Source of the DNA: Ktedonobacterales bacterium
GTDB lineage: Bacteria > Chloroflexota > Ktedonobacteria > Ktedonobacterales > JADMIN01
Length of the DNA: 32,000 nt
Assembly: GCA_030167145.1 (NCBI GenBank)
Contig: CP126532.1
Location: forward strand, 1,260,001 to 1,292,000
Reading direction: 5' to 3'
A model generated the notes under the pieces. The model ran no database searches. It had not been told where the DNA came from and saw only the letters and a program-made list of their open reading frames with translations. This document shows, in pieces, positions 1-7,898 of this stretch; position 1 is the first letter of the stretch, and the number at the start of each line of letters is the position of its first letter. Made by a program: the position numbers and the translations under genes.

Positions 1-402
1 CGGCTGGGCGCGCGGCAGGCGTGGACGCCGGAGGATGTGCCGAGCGCTGAGAGCTACACTGTTGGCTTCGAGTGCAGCAGCCGCGACGCCGCGTTTCACT
101 TGCTGCAACGGCGGGTAGCGGCGGGCGGGCGCATCTGCGTGTTGGCAGATGGCAATATCGAGCCGCTGACGCTGGCGCCAGACTTCCATCGCAAAGAACT
201 GACGGTGGTGGGGTCGAGCGATGGGTGGGACTACCAGGAGCATGCGCGCTGGTATTTCGCGCGGGTGCAAGCGGGCGCGCCGGAGCTAGAGGCGATCTTC
301 GACGATCGCGTGGCGGCGTCCGCGCTGCCAGAGGCGTTCGCGCGGATGGCGAGCGGCGAGCGCATGCCGGTGAAGGTGCTGATAGACTACAATACAGGCT
401 GA
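1..402 (+). CDS. MDR/zinc-type alcohol dehydrogenase-like protein, C-terminal fragment (5' end outside window)
   Basis: Frame 1 is open from base 1 (RLGARQAWTPEDV...) to TGA at 400-402. The track 'M' at 37 is a GTG inside this frame. The C-terminal ...ELTVVGSS...MPVKVLIDY resembles the end of medium-chain dehydrogenases (by-eye family call). Confidence 0.5.
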   Translation, partial: RLGARQAWTPEDVPSAESYTVGFECSSRDAAFHLLQRRVAAGGRICVLADGNIEPLTLAPDFHRKELTVVGSSDGWDYQEHARWYFARVQAGAPELEAIFDDRVAASALPEAFARMASGERMPVKVLIDYNTG

Positions 403-413
403 TGACACATAGC

Positions 414-436
414 GTAGGGGCGTCCGGTGGACGCCC
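414..436 (+). repeat. GC-rich palindromic element, family 1 (GTAG-GGGCGTCC-GGT-GGACGCCC)
   Basis: The 8-bp stem GGGCGTCC/GGACGCCC with a 3-nt loop starts 12 nt after the upstream stop codon. The same element is found at 24244-24266 and 29116-29138 on the opposite strand. Confidence 0.65.
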
Positions 437-459
437 GCCGCGAGAGGAATACCCGCACC

Positions 460-957
<498 letters not shown>

Positions 958-987
958 AGGCTGAGCCCAAACAAGGGAAGTAACGCC

Positions 988-1767
988 ATGCGCTTCCATA
1001 GCGCCACTATCCCATCAATGGGGTTTCCGCGTAGCATCGCGTTACGAAACCTGCTGCTACTGGCTATAGTGGGCGCAAGTATCGTGCTGGCGGGGTGTAG
1101 CGGCAGCAGTGGAACTCCCAAACGAGGAGTGGGAGCATTCCTGCATGTGCTCGTTTTTGCGCCACAAGTGACCTATGCCGATGCGTTGCGCCGTGTGACT
1201 GACTTCGGCCTTCAGCCTGCATGGAATTGTGGTGTGCCTGCTACTGTCGTCCCGAGCTCTGGCCAGGCGCCGCTGCGGCGCTGGGAGCCAGTGGGTCAGC
1301 GCGCGACCTATGACCAGCAGCACGAGATTGTCGTACAGGAGACGCCGCTCGCACCAAGTGACTGGCAAGATCGTCTGACGTCACTTCCTGGCGTACGGCA
1401 AGTCAACATATTCGATGTGCCAGCGTGCCAGAACTACGTGAACGGCACCCCGACCGCCAATGATGCGCTGCCGCTGACTGGCAATGACATGATTCCGTAT
1501 GGACTCGTCACGTTCGATTCGACAACCTCGTATGATGACGCGCTCTATACTGTCAGCGACCTGGGCCTCAATTTGGCGGACCCGTGCGGCAGCCGGTCGG
1601 GTGACTTCAATATCGCGGGGCAAGAAGATGGCCTCGCGCAGACACACACGCTGCTGATCGCGCCTGATCCTGGGAACAGCTCTACTTTGTGGCAACAGCA
1701 GTTGCAGAGTGCGGCGGGCGTCACCAAAACGCAGATTCCTGCCGGTCCGCCGTCATGCTCCGGGTGA
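988..1767 (+). CDS. Hypothetical lipoprotein with an internal duplicated Cys-containing module
   Basis: Signal peptide plus lipobox (LLLLAIVGASIVLAGC). An AAGGGAAG RBS-like sequence lies at 972-979. An internal repeat, TYADALRRVTDFGLQPAWNCG / SYDDALYTVSDLGLNLADPCG, is present. No family recognised. Confidence 0.65.
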   Translation: MRFHSATIPSMGFPRSIALRNLLLLAIVGASIVLAGCSGSSGTPKRGVGAFLHVLVFAPQVTYADALRRVTDFGLQPAWNCGVPATVVPSSGQAPLRRWEPVGQRATYDQQHEIVVQETPLAPSDWQDRLTSLPGVRQVNIFDVPACQNYVNGTPTANDALPLTGNDMIPYGLVTFDSTTSYDDALYTVSDLGLNLADPCGSRSGDFNIAGQEDGLAQTHTLLIAPDPGNSSTLWQQQLQSAAGVTKTQIPAGPPSCSG

Positions 1768-1847
1768 CTCGCGGCTCAATGAGGTCAGGCGATACAATCA
1801 ACGAAAGCGCGCGACAGTGGAATTGGCCACCAGTCGGTTGGCGCGCG

Positions 1848-3317
1848 ATGAGTCGCAGCAAATTTTGTCGAAGTGCGGTTAGGCAAGCGGTGAAACAGCC
1901 AGACGTGTCTTGGAACCCAGATGAGGCGGCGCTGCCGCCCGTGCCAACGCCGCCACGTGTTGTGCGGGTGCGCGGCCCAGCGCGGGGAGCGCAGGTCGTG
2001 ACATTGGGCGCGTTGGAGCCGCCCGGCTCGAAGTATTACACGCTGCGCTATGTGCTGAATGCGCTGCTGGCGGATGGCGAATCTGTGGTGCGTTTTCCGG
2101 CGCTGAGCGACGATACCGCCGGGCTAGTGCGGGCGGTGCGGGCGATGGGCGCGGGGGTGACATGGGAGCGGGCGGGCGCGGCGGAGGATTCCGGCTGGGC
2201 GCTGCGAGTTCGCGGTGTGGCGGGGCGGCCACAGACCCCGCCAGATGGCGTCATTCAGGCGGGGAATGCAGGCGCGGTGCTGCGGCTGCTGCTGGGCGTC
2301 GGCGCACTGCTGCCAGAGATACGCTTCGAGACCGACTATCCCACCTCGCTCGGCAAGCGTCCCAATGGGGATCTGCTGGATGCGCTGCGGGCGCTGGGCA
2401 TGGATGTGGAGGCGCGCGAGCCGGGGGGATTGCTGCCGATTACGCTGCGCGGCGGGCCGCCACGCGGGGGCGAAGTCACGGTTTCGGGTGCGCGCAGTTC
2501 GCAATATCTCAGCGCGCTGCTGTATCTCGCGCCGCTGCTGCCAGATGGGCTGGAGATTACGGTGCGCGATGAACTGCGCTCGGCGGCGCTCATCAGCGCG
2601 ACATTGCGGGCGCTGGCTATGGCGGGCATTATCGTGGAGTCCTCGCCCGATCTGCGCCGGTTTGTCGTGCCAGGAGGGCAGCGATTCATGGCGCAGGAGT
2701 ATGGTGTGCCAGGGGATGGGCCAACGGCGGCGGCGCTGCTGGCGGCGGCGATGACGCTGGGCGCGCCGCTGCGGCTGACGCGGCTGGATGAGAGCGAGGC
2801 GGATATGCGCGGGCTTATGGCGGCGCTGGATGCGCTGGGCGCGCCGCTGAGTGAGCGACCGGACACAGCCAAAGGGGCGAGCGCGCTGGCGGTGGCGGCG
2901 AAGGCGCGGCTGCGTGGTGGCACGGTGGATGGCGACGCCTGCATTGATAGCGTGCCCGCGCTGGTCGCGGCGGCATGCTTTGCCGACGGCGAGAGCCGGT
3001 TCGAGCGCGTGGGTACGTTGCGGCTGAAGGAGAGCGACCGCATCGGCGACCTCTGCGCGGAACTGGCGCGGGCGGGCTGCGATGTTGTGCCGGAGGATGA
3101 TTCGATTACTGTACGCGGGCAGCCGGAGGGCATACGTGGCGGGGTGACAGTGGACGCGCACGACGATCACCGGCTGGTGCAGGCGCTGGCTATCGTGGCG
3201 CTGCGCTGCGCGGAGGGGTTGACGATCACTGGCGCGGATGCAGTCGCCAAGAGCTATCCCGGCTTTTTCGCCGATCTGGCGCGGTTGGGGGCCGAGGTGA
3301 TGGTGATGAAGGAATGA
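1848..3317 (+). CDS. aroA: 3-phosphoshikimate 1-carboxyvinyltransferase (EPSP synthase)
   Basis: EPSPS hallmarks: PPGSKYYTLR (E. coli LPGSKSVSNR region), AGNAGAVLRL, RSSQYLSALLYLAPL, LRLKESDRI, DHRLVQALAIVAL, KSYPGFFADL. The start is uncertain. In-frame ATGs occur at 1779 and 1848 and a GTG at 1941. The track start 1689 overlaps the upstream gene and is unlikely. Confidence 0.85.
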   Translation: MSRSKFCRSAVRQAVKQPDVSWNPDEAALPPVPTPPRVVRVRGPARGAQVVTLGALEPPGSKYYTLRYVLNALLADGESVVRFPALSDDTAGLVRAVRAMGAGVTWERAGAAEDSGWALRVRGVAGRPQTPPDGVIQAGNAGAVLRLLLGVGALLPEIRFETDYPTSLGKRPNGDLLDALRALGMDVEAREPGGLLPITLRGGPPRGGEVTVSGARSSQYLSALLYLAPLLPDGLEITVRDELRSAALISATLRALAMAGIIVESSPDLRRFVVPGGQRFMAQEYGVPGDGPTAAALLAAAMTLGAPLRLTRLDESEADMRGLMAALDALGAPLSERPDTAKGASALAVAAKARLRGGTVDGDACIDSVPALVAAACFADGESRFERVGTLRLKESDRIGDLCAELARAGCDVVPEDDSITVRGQPEGIRGGVTVDAHDDHRLVQALAIVALRCAEGLTITGADAVAKSYPGFFADLARLGAEVMVMKE

Positions 3318-3358
3318 GATGGTGGTATGCTGTGCCAGAATGGAGGAGGGGTATAGCT

Positions 3359-3652
3359 ATGAGCACAGCCGTTATCAACGACGCTCTGCGCGAACAAATC
3401 GTCATCATCCTGCGGCGACATGGCGTGCTCCATGCTGGAATCTTCGGCTCTTTCGCGCGTGGAGCAGCGAATGACAGCAGCGACATTGATCTATTGATAG
3501 AGTTCCCACCGGGTAAAACGCTCTTTGATCTAGAGGCTCTGGCACTGGATCTCGAAGGTGTGGTAGGGCGGAAGGTTGATCTAATTACCTATCATGCGCT
3601 CAATCCGCACTTGCGCGAGCGCGTACTGCGCGAGCAGGTGGCGCTTATATGA
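3359..3652 (+). CDS. mntA: MntA-type nucleotidyltransferase antitoxin (type VII TA)
   Basis: Minimal nucleotidyltransferase motifs GIFGSFARG (GSxxRG) and SDIDLLIEF (DxD). GGAGGAGGGG lies upstream of the ATG at 3359. The stop overlaps the next gene's start (ATGA at 3649-3652). Confidence 0.85.
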   Translation: MSTAVINDALREQIVIILRRHGVLHAGIFGSFARGAANDSSDIDLLIEFPPGKTLFDLEALALDLEGVVGRKVDLITYHALNPHLRERVLREQVALI

Positions 3653-4005
3653 GCCAGCGAGCGCCGCGAATCATAGTAGAAGAACTACTGGAGAACATTC
3701 AGGTCATCCGTGAATACACTGAACACCTATCAGCCGATGCGTTTTTCGCCCAGCGTATGGTACAAGACGCAGTGGTGCGGAGGCTAGAGATACTCGGCGA
3801 AGCGGCAAACCAACTGCCAGTTGAGTGGAAGGATCAACACGCGGAGGTTCCCTGGCGGATTATCACTGGGATGCGTAACCGCCTGATCCACGGATATTTC
3901 TCCATTGACCTGAGTCTCGTATGGGGTACGATTACGCGCGATTTGCCGCCGCTGGAACAACAACTCAGGCAATTCGCGCAACAGGAGCCGCCCGAAGAAG
4001 CATAG
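3649..4005 (+). CDS. hepT: HepT-type HEPN (DUF86) toxin (type VII TA)
   Basis: The HEPN R-x4-H motif is present as RNRLIHGYF. Size is ~118 aa. It is translationally coupled to the upstream MNT gene, which is the canonical MntA-HepT order. Confidence 0.85.
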   Translation: MSQRAPRIIVEELLENIQVIREYTEHLSADAFFAQRMVQDAVVRRLEILGEAANQLPVEWKDQHAEVPWRIITGMRNRLIHGYFSIDLSLVWGTITRDLPPLEQQLRQFAQQEPPEEA

Positions 4006-4060
4006 CACAAAGCCCCTTACGGATGATGCTTCTTTGAGCATCCGCAAGAGGCTTTTGTGC
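4005..4060 (+). terminator. Long imperfect stem-loop immediately after hepT (terminator-like)
   Basis: GCACAAAGCC...GGCTTTTGTGC forms the outer stem. It encloses the inner stem CGGATG..CATCCG and begins at the hepT stop codon. There is no clean U-tract. Confidence 0.4.
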
Positions 4061-4274
4061 GGGCGATTGCGCTCCCGAACGCCGCGCGACACCACCACTC
4101 CACCACACCGCACATGTCGCCGACGCAACACCACCACACCGCATCCACCACGGTCTCGCAATCACTGGTTGAAGTATAGGCGATGAGGCTGTCAGACAGG
4201 TGACAACCGGACCCTTCTTTCTGACAAATTGTTCAGTTAACGGCGGGACATCGGCGCATAGTGCGTGCATATGC

Positions 4275-4288
4275 TGACAATATTGTCA
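4275..4288. promoter_or_regulatory. Perfect 14-bp palindrome TGACAATATTGTCA (candidate operator)
   Basis: Read directly from the sequence. A related imperfect site, CTGACAAATTGTTCAG, lies at 4220-4235. Both sit in a 617-bp stretch (4006-4622) with no convincing ORF. Confidence 0.3.
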
Positions 4289-4622
4289 TGCAAACGCGCA
4301 CAGCCAGATCAGAGAGGCGGAATGACGGGCAGCGGGGAGAGCACTTGCTGGCTGAGGAGGCGGACGGGTTGTGGAGGATGGGGCGCAATAGAGCGCACGG
4401 TGATAGGCAAAGTGGGGCACGAATATTGCCGCGAGTGTCAGCGACCCTCGAACACGCATCTCAGCGCACGGGGGTGTAACAGGGATAGGCGATGCGACGG
4501 TGAAGATCGTCGCGGAGTGCAAGGGCGCACCGCGTCGCGTAGGACGTTGTGGCGCGCCTGGGCGCAGTCGTTCGTTTCGCCGCTTATGGAGGCGGCGTCA
4601 GCATCGCAAAGGAGCGAAGTAC

Positions 4623-5090
4623 ATGCCGGCTGAAGAAAACAAAGTGCTTGCCCGCCGTTTCATCGAGGAGTGCTTTAATAAGGGCAACCTCAACTCGGTG
4701 GATGAGCTTGTCGCCACCAATTACGTAGACCACGACCCGTCCATGCCAGGCGGGATATACGGGCCGTCGGGGGTGAAGCAATTCATCTCGATGTATCGCA
4801 CGGCTTTTCCTGATCTCGCCATCTCCATTGATGAGTTGTATGCTATTGGCGAGAATCGTGTGATGATGCGCTGGACGGCACGCGGCACGCATCGGGGCAC
4901 GCTGCAAGGCATACCTGCCACCGGCAAACAGGCGACGGTTTCGGGTATGACGCTCTCACGTTACGAGAATGGCAAGGGCGTTGAAGACTACAACAACTGG
5001 GATACGCTAGGACTGATGCAGCAGCTCGGCGTGATTCCGATGGCGTCGCAGCCGACGATGGGGACAGGGACGCAGCCATCGCCACATTAG
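4623..5090 (+). CDS. SnoaL-like ester cyclase family protein
   Basis: ARRFIEECFNKGNL...YVDHDP...GVKQFISMYRTAFPDL...RWTARGTHRG...GIPATGK matches the ester-cyclase/SnoaL pattern. An AAGGAG RBS lies at ~4609-4614 before the ATG at 4623. The track's upstream extension is Arg-rich junk. Confidence 0.8.
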   Translation: MPAEENKVLARRFIEECFNKGNLNSVDELVATNYVDHDPSMPGGIYGPSGVKQFISMYRTAFPDLAISIDELYAIGENRVMMRWTARGTHRGTLQGIPATGKQATVSGMTLSRYENGKGVEDYNNWDTLGLMQQLGVIPMASQPTMGTGTQPSPH

Positions 5091-5123
5091 GGCGGGGGTG
5101 AGATCCGCACACGAAGGATGTGC

Positions 5124-5163
5124 GAACGCCGGAGCGTACAAATATCTGTATGCCCCGGCGTTC
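5124..5163. terminator. Stem-loop between convergent genes (bidirectional terminator candidate)
   Basis: GAACGCCGGAGCGTACA - AATATC - TGTATGCCCCGGCGTTC pairs at 15 of 17 stem positions. It lies between the 3' ends of the SnoaL-like gene and the binding-protein gene. Confidence 0.45.
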
Positions 5164-5259
5164 AGCTATTCAGGTCGCAAGAATCGAGTGGTGACCGACC
5201 ATCGCTGAGCACCGTTCATCACTGATGCACGGTTAGGTATCGTGAATGGTCGGATGTGC

Positions 5260-6480
5260 TTACGGCCAGACTGACGATGCCTTGATGAACGGACTGGCAG
5301 AGGTCAATACGCCGTTTTTGACTTGCAGGAACTCGAAGTCGCTAATGCCGCCGTGCTGCGTAGCGGACCAGGTGAGCGTTGGACCAAAGCCGGTGTCGTA
5401 GCTGGTGAAGTCCTGGTTCAGCGCGGTGCGGAGGCTGTCGCGCGTGAGGTTTTGGCCCGCGTGGTTCAGCGCGTCCACTAGCAGCTTGGCGTTGATGTAG
5501 CCATAGAACTTGTAGGCGCTGAAGACGGTATCGCCTGTCGTCGCGGCGAGATACTGCTGGCCGACGGGGGTGTTGATGTCGGAGTAGCCGCTGACGTAGA
5601 TGCCCTCACCGGCAGCGCCGAGGAGCTTCGGCCAGGAATTGTCGGCCATGGGATAGTTCGCCAAGTAGCCTAGCGAGGGCTTGTAGCCAAGCTGGGCAGC
5701 GGTGGCGACGAACTTCGCGGTGGGGCCGGGCAGGCCGTTCAGGACGATGAGGTCGGGATTGGCGCTCTTCAGCGTTTGCACCGCCGCCGAGAAGTCGGTC
5801 TGGGTGGCCTTGTAGCCTACCGAGGCGACCAGATTCGCGCCGTATTTCTGGAGCGACTCGGCAAGGGTCTGCTTCTGCTGAAGGCCGAGCACGTCGTCTT
5901 CATAGAGCAGGGCTACGGATTTCGCGTGTAGCGTCTGCGTGGCGTAGTAACCAATGACGTGGCCTTCGTCGCCGTAGTTGGGCTGTGTCATCCACACCCA
6001 GGGCAGCGCGTTACCCTGGTCGTCGGTGAACTTCGCACCGCCGCCAATGGGATCAATGAAGGGAATGCCCTTCGGGTTAGTGTAGGTCTCGGCGACATTC
6101 GCGGCGCCAGAGCCACAGACCTGGAAGAGCGCGAAGGCGTTGTCTTGCTCGAAAAGCTGGCGTACTGCGTCTTTGGTCTTGGTGGAGTCGCCGTTGTCGC
6201 TGACCTGCACCAGTTTGATCTTGCGCCCATGGATGCCGCCAGCGGCGTTGATGGAGTCAATATAGAGTTGATCGCCAGCGAGAATTGGCGCGCAGATGAC
6301 CTTGAGCGGACCGGTGGTGTCAAGCACCGCGCCAATGGTGATCTCATTGTTGGTGACGCCGGGAACCGTCGCGCCTGCCGTGGCGCCGTTGCCACAGGCC
6401 GCCAGCACCAGAAGGGAAACCACAGTCCCCGCAAGCGCCAGCAGCCGCCGTGAAGTTCGGAGATTCGCTAGAAGTCCCAT
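5260..6480 (-). CDS. ABC transporter substrate-binding lipoprotein, Leu/Ile/Val-binding (type 1 PBP) family
   Basis: Signal peptide plus lipobox (LLALAGTVVSLLVLAACGNG). ITIGAVLDTTGPL...INAAGGIHGRKIKLV is typical of LivJ/K-like binding proteins. The start at ATG 6480 (MGLLANLR...) is preferred over the track's 6603. Confidence 0.9.
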   Translation of the reverse strand: MGLLANLRTSRRLLALAGTVVSLLVLAACGNGATAGATVPGVTNNEITIGAVLDTTGPLKVICAPILAGDQLYIDSINAAGGIHGRKIKLVQVSDNGDSTKTKDAVRQLFEQDNAFALFQVCGSGAANVAETYTNPKGIPFIDPIGGGAKFTDDQGNALPWVWMTQPNYGDEGHVIGYYATQTLHAKSVALLYEDDVLGLQQKQTLAESLQKYGANLVASVGYKATQTDFSAAVQTLKSANPDLIVLNGLPGPTAKFVATAAQLGYKPSLGYLANYPMADNSWPKLLGAAGEGIYVSGYSDINTPVGQQYLAATTGDTVFSAYKFYGYINAKLLVDALNHAGQNLTRDSLRTALNQDFTSYDTGFGPTLTWSATQHGGISDFEFLQVKNGVLTSASPFIKASSVWP

Positions 6481-6585
6481 CCAGTATTGCCCCTCTCTCT
6501 GCGAGACGCCACTGTGTTCACAGTAGCTAAATCCGCGCGCGACAGTCGCCACACAAGCCATCGGCCAGGCGTTGCGGCGCGAGAT

Positions 6586-6605
6586 ACATGACAAGTGAGT
6601 CATGT
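6586..6605. promoter_or_regulatory. Operator site 1: ACATGAC-AAGTGA-GTCATGT (putative TetR box)
   Basis: This 7-6-7 inverted repeat lies ~106 bp upstream of the binding-protein start. A minus-strand TTGACA (6636-6641) lies exactly 32 nt upstream of the core. Confidence 0.6.
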
Positions 6606-6869
6606 ATCATATACCCTACGTGAAGTCGTGCAGGTTGTCAAGTGGGGTGCTAGCAATTCGTTACCTGCCCAGATGAGCGGGCGGTTGAAACCGCGCCTGG
6701 ATGGCCTCTGGCCACGAAATCCGCCGTCGCGGGTTCGGGAGCGGACGATGGGTGAGGCAGGCCGCGCCCCACTGGCAGGCAGATCGGAAGGTCCGCCCCA
6801 CTTGGGCAGCGGCAGACGCGGCACGCGCACGGCTTGACATGTATCCCTGGCTATGGCATCATTGCTGAA

Positions 6870-6889
6870 ATATGACGAGTGAGTCATGT
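6870..6889. promoter_or_regulatory. Operator site 2: ATATGAC-GAGTGA-GTCATGT (putative TetR box)
   Basis: It matches site 1 at 18 of 20 positions and lies 47 bp upstream of the permease start. A plus-strand TTGACA (6834-6839) lies exactly 32 nt upstream of the core ATGAC (6872). Confidence 0.6.
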
Positions 6890-6935
6890 TACATGGTCGT
6901 AATGACGTGCTGGCAGAGATCGCGGGAGTAGGCGT

Positions 6936-7853
6936 ATGACGGCGGTGCTTCAGGTGGCGCTCGCGGGCGGAGTGACCGGGAGTCTGTACGGATTGCTCGC
7001 CGTGGGCATCGTGCTGATCTATCGGACGACAGGCGTTCTCAACTTCGCGTATGGGGCGATTGCCGCCGTCTGCGCATGCTTCATGTATGTGCTGCTGACG
7101 GGGCCACGGCTCAACTTCTGGCTGGCGCTGCCGCTGGCGCTGATCTTCGCGGTGGCGCTGGGGATTGCGCTAGAGCGGCTCTTCGCGCGGCCCGTGCTCA
7201 ACGCGCCGGTCTTCACGAAGGCTATCGCCACACTGGCGCTGGCGCTGGTGCTGCAAACGGTGGCGCAGCAGATCTGGCCGCAACTGGCGCAGCCAGAGCA
7301 TTTCCCTTCGCCTTTCGAGGGGCATGCGACGCGCATTGGTGGCCTATATATCTCTGCGATTGGCGTGACCGTGTTAGGTGTGACTGCGGTAGTGATGGTG
7401 GCGCTTGCGCTGTTTCTCAATCGCACGCGCTTGGGCATCGCGATGCGTGCGACCGCTGATAATCAGCCAGTGGCGCGGCTGATGGGGGTGCCGGTGGGGC
7501 TGGTCTTTCCACTGGTGTGGGCGCTCAGCGCGGTGGTGGCAGCGTTGACAGGTATTCTCTTCGCCAGCCAACAGGCAGTGATAGATGTGCAATTCATGGA
7601 TCCGCTGCTGATACTGGCGTTTGTCGCCGCCGTGCTGGGTGGGCTGGAGAGTCTGCCCGGCGCGCTGCTGGGTGGCTTGATCGTCGGGTTGACCGATAGC
7701 CTGCTGGCGCTGGTGCTGGCGGGGCGCCATGTAGGTGCGCTGGATGTAAGCGATCCGGGCATCCGCGCGGCGCTGATCTTCGGCGGATTCGTGCTGGTGT
7801 TGCTGCTACGGCCCCAGGGCCTATTCGGTCAGGCGGTCTTGCGCAAGGTGTGA
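6936..7853 (+). CDS. Branched-chain-amino-acid-type ABC transporter permease (LivH-type)
   Basis: Polytopic membrane protein. VGIVLIYRTTGVLNFAYG and GIAMRATADNQPVARLMG are typical LivH signatures. Confidence 0.9.
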   Translation: MTAVLQVALAGGVTGSLYGLLAVGIVLIYRTTGVLNFAYGAIAAVCACFMYVLLTGPRLNFWLALPLALIFAVALGIALERLFARPVLNAPVFTKAIATLALALVLQTVAQQIWPQLAQPEHFPSPFEGHATRIGGLYISAIGVTVLGVTAVVMVALALFLNRTRLGIAMRATADNQPVARLMGVPVGLVFPLVWALSAVVAALTGILFASQQAVIDVQFMDPLLILAFVAAVLGGLESLPGALLGGLIVGLTDSLLALVLAGRHVGALDVSDPGIRAALIFGGFVLVLLLRPQGLFGQAVLRKV

Positions 7854-7898
7854 TGCTGATTTACTGATATGACCTGTAGACGATGGGAGCGGGCATTT

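Noticed and set aside
1689-1847. Long N-terminal extensions given by the ORF track, for example aroA from 1689, the binding protein from 6603, the hydrolase from 14974, TetR from 14948, GT2 from 23163, DedA from 17933 and the SnoaL-like gene from 4500.
   Set aside because: The extensions overlap upstream genes or operators, are Arg/Cys/Trp-rich with no homology-like pattern, and lack RBSs. Internal ATGs preceded by GGAGG-like sequences give N-termini typical of each family.
2124-3170. Large antisense or alternate-frame ORFs inside real genes, for example 2124-3170(-), 2336-3133(-), 10380-11345(-), 16283-17059(-), 19968-20588(-), 21572-22228(-), 23503-24150(-), 24109-25200(+), 24210-25025(-), 25666-26811(+), 29917-30618(+) and 30063-30938(+).
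   Set aside because: These are typical high-GC shadow ORFs. They have Arg/Pro/Ala/Ser-rich low-complexity translations, no motifs, and complete overlap with genes that carry clear family signatures.
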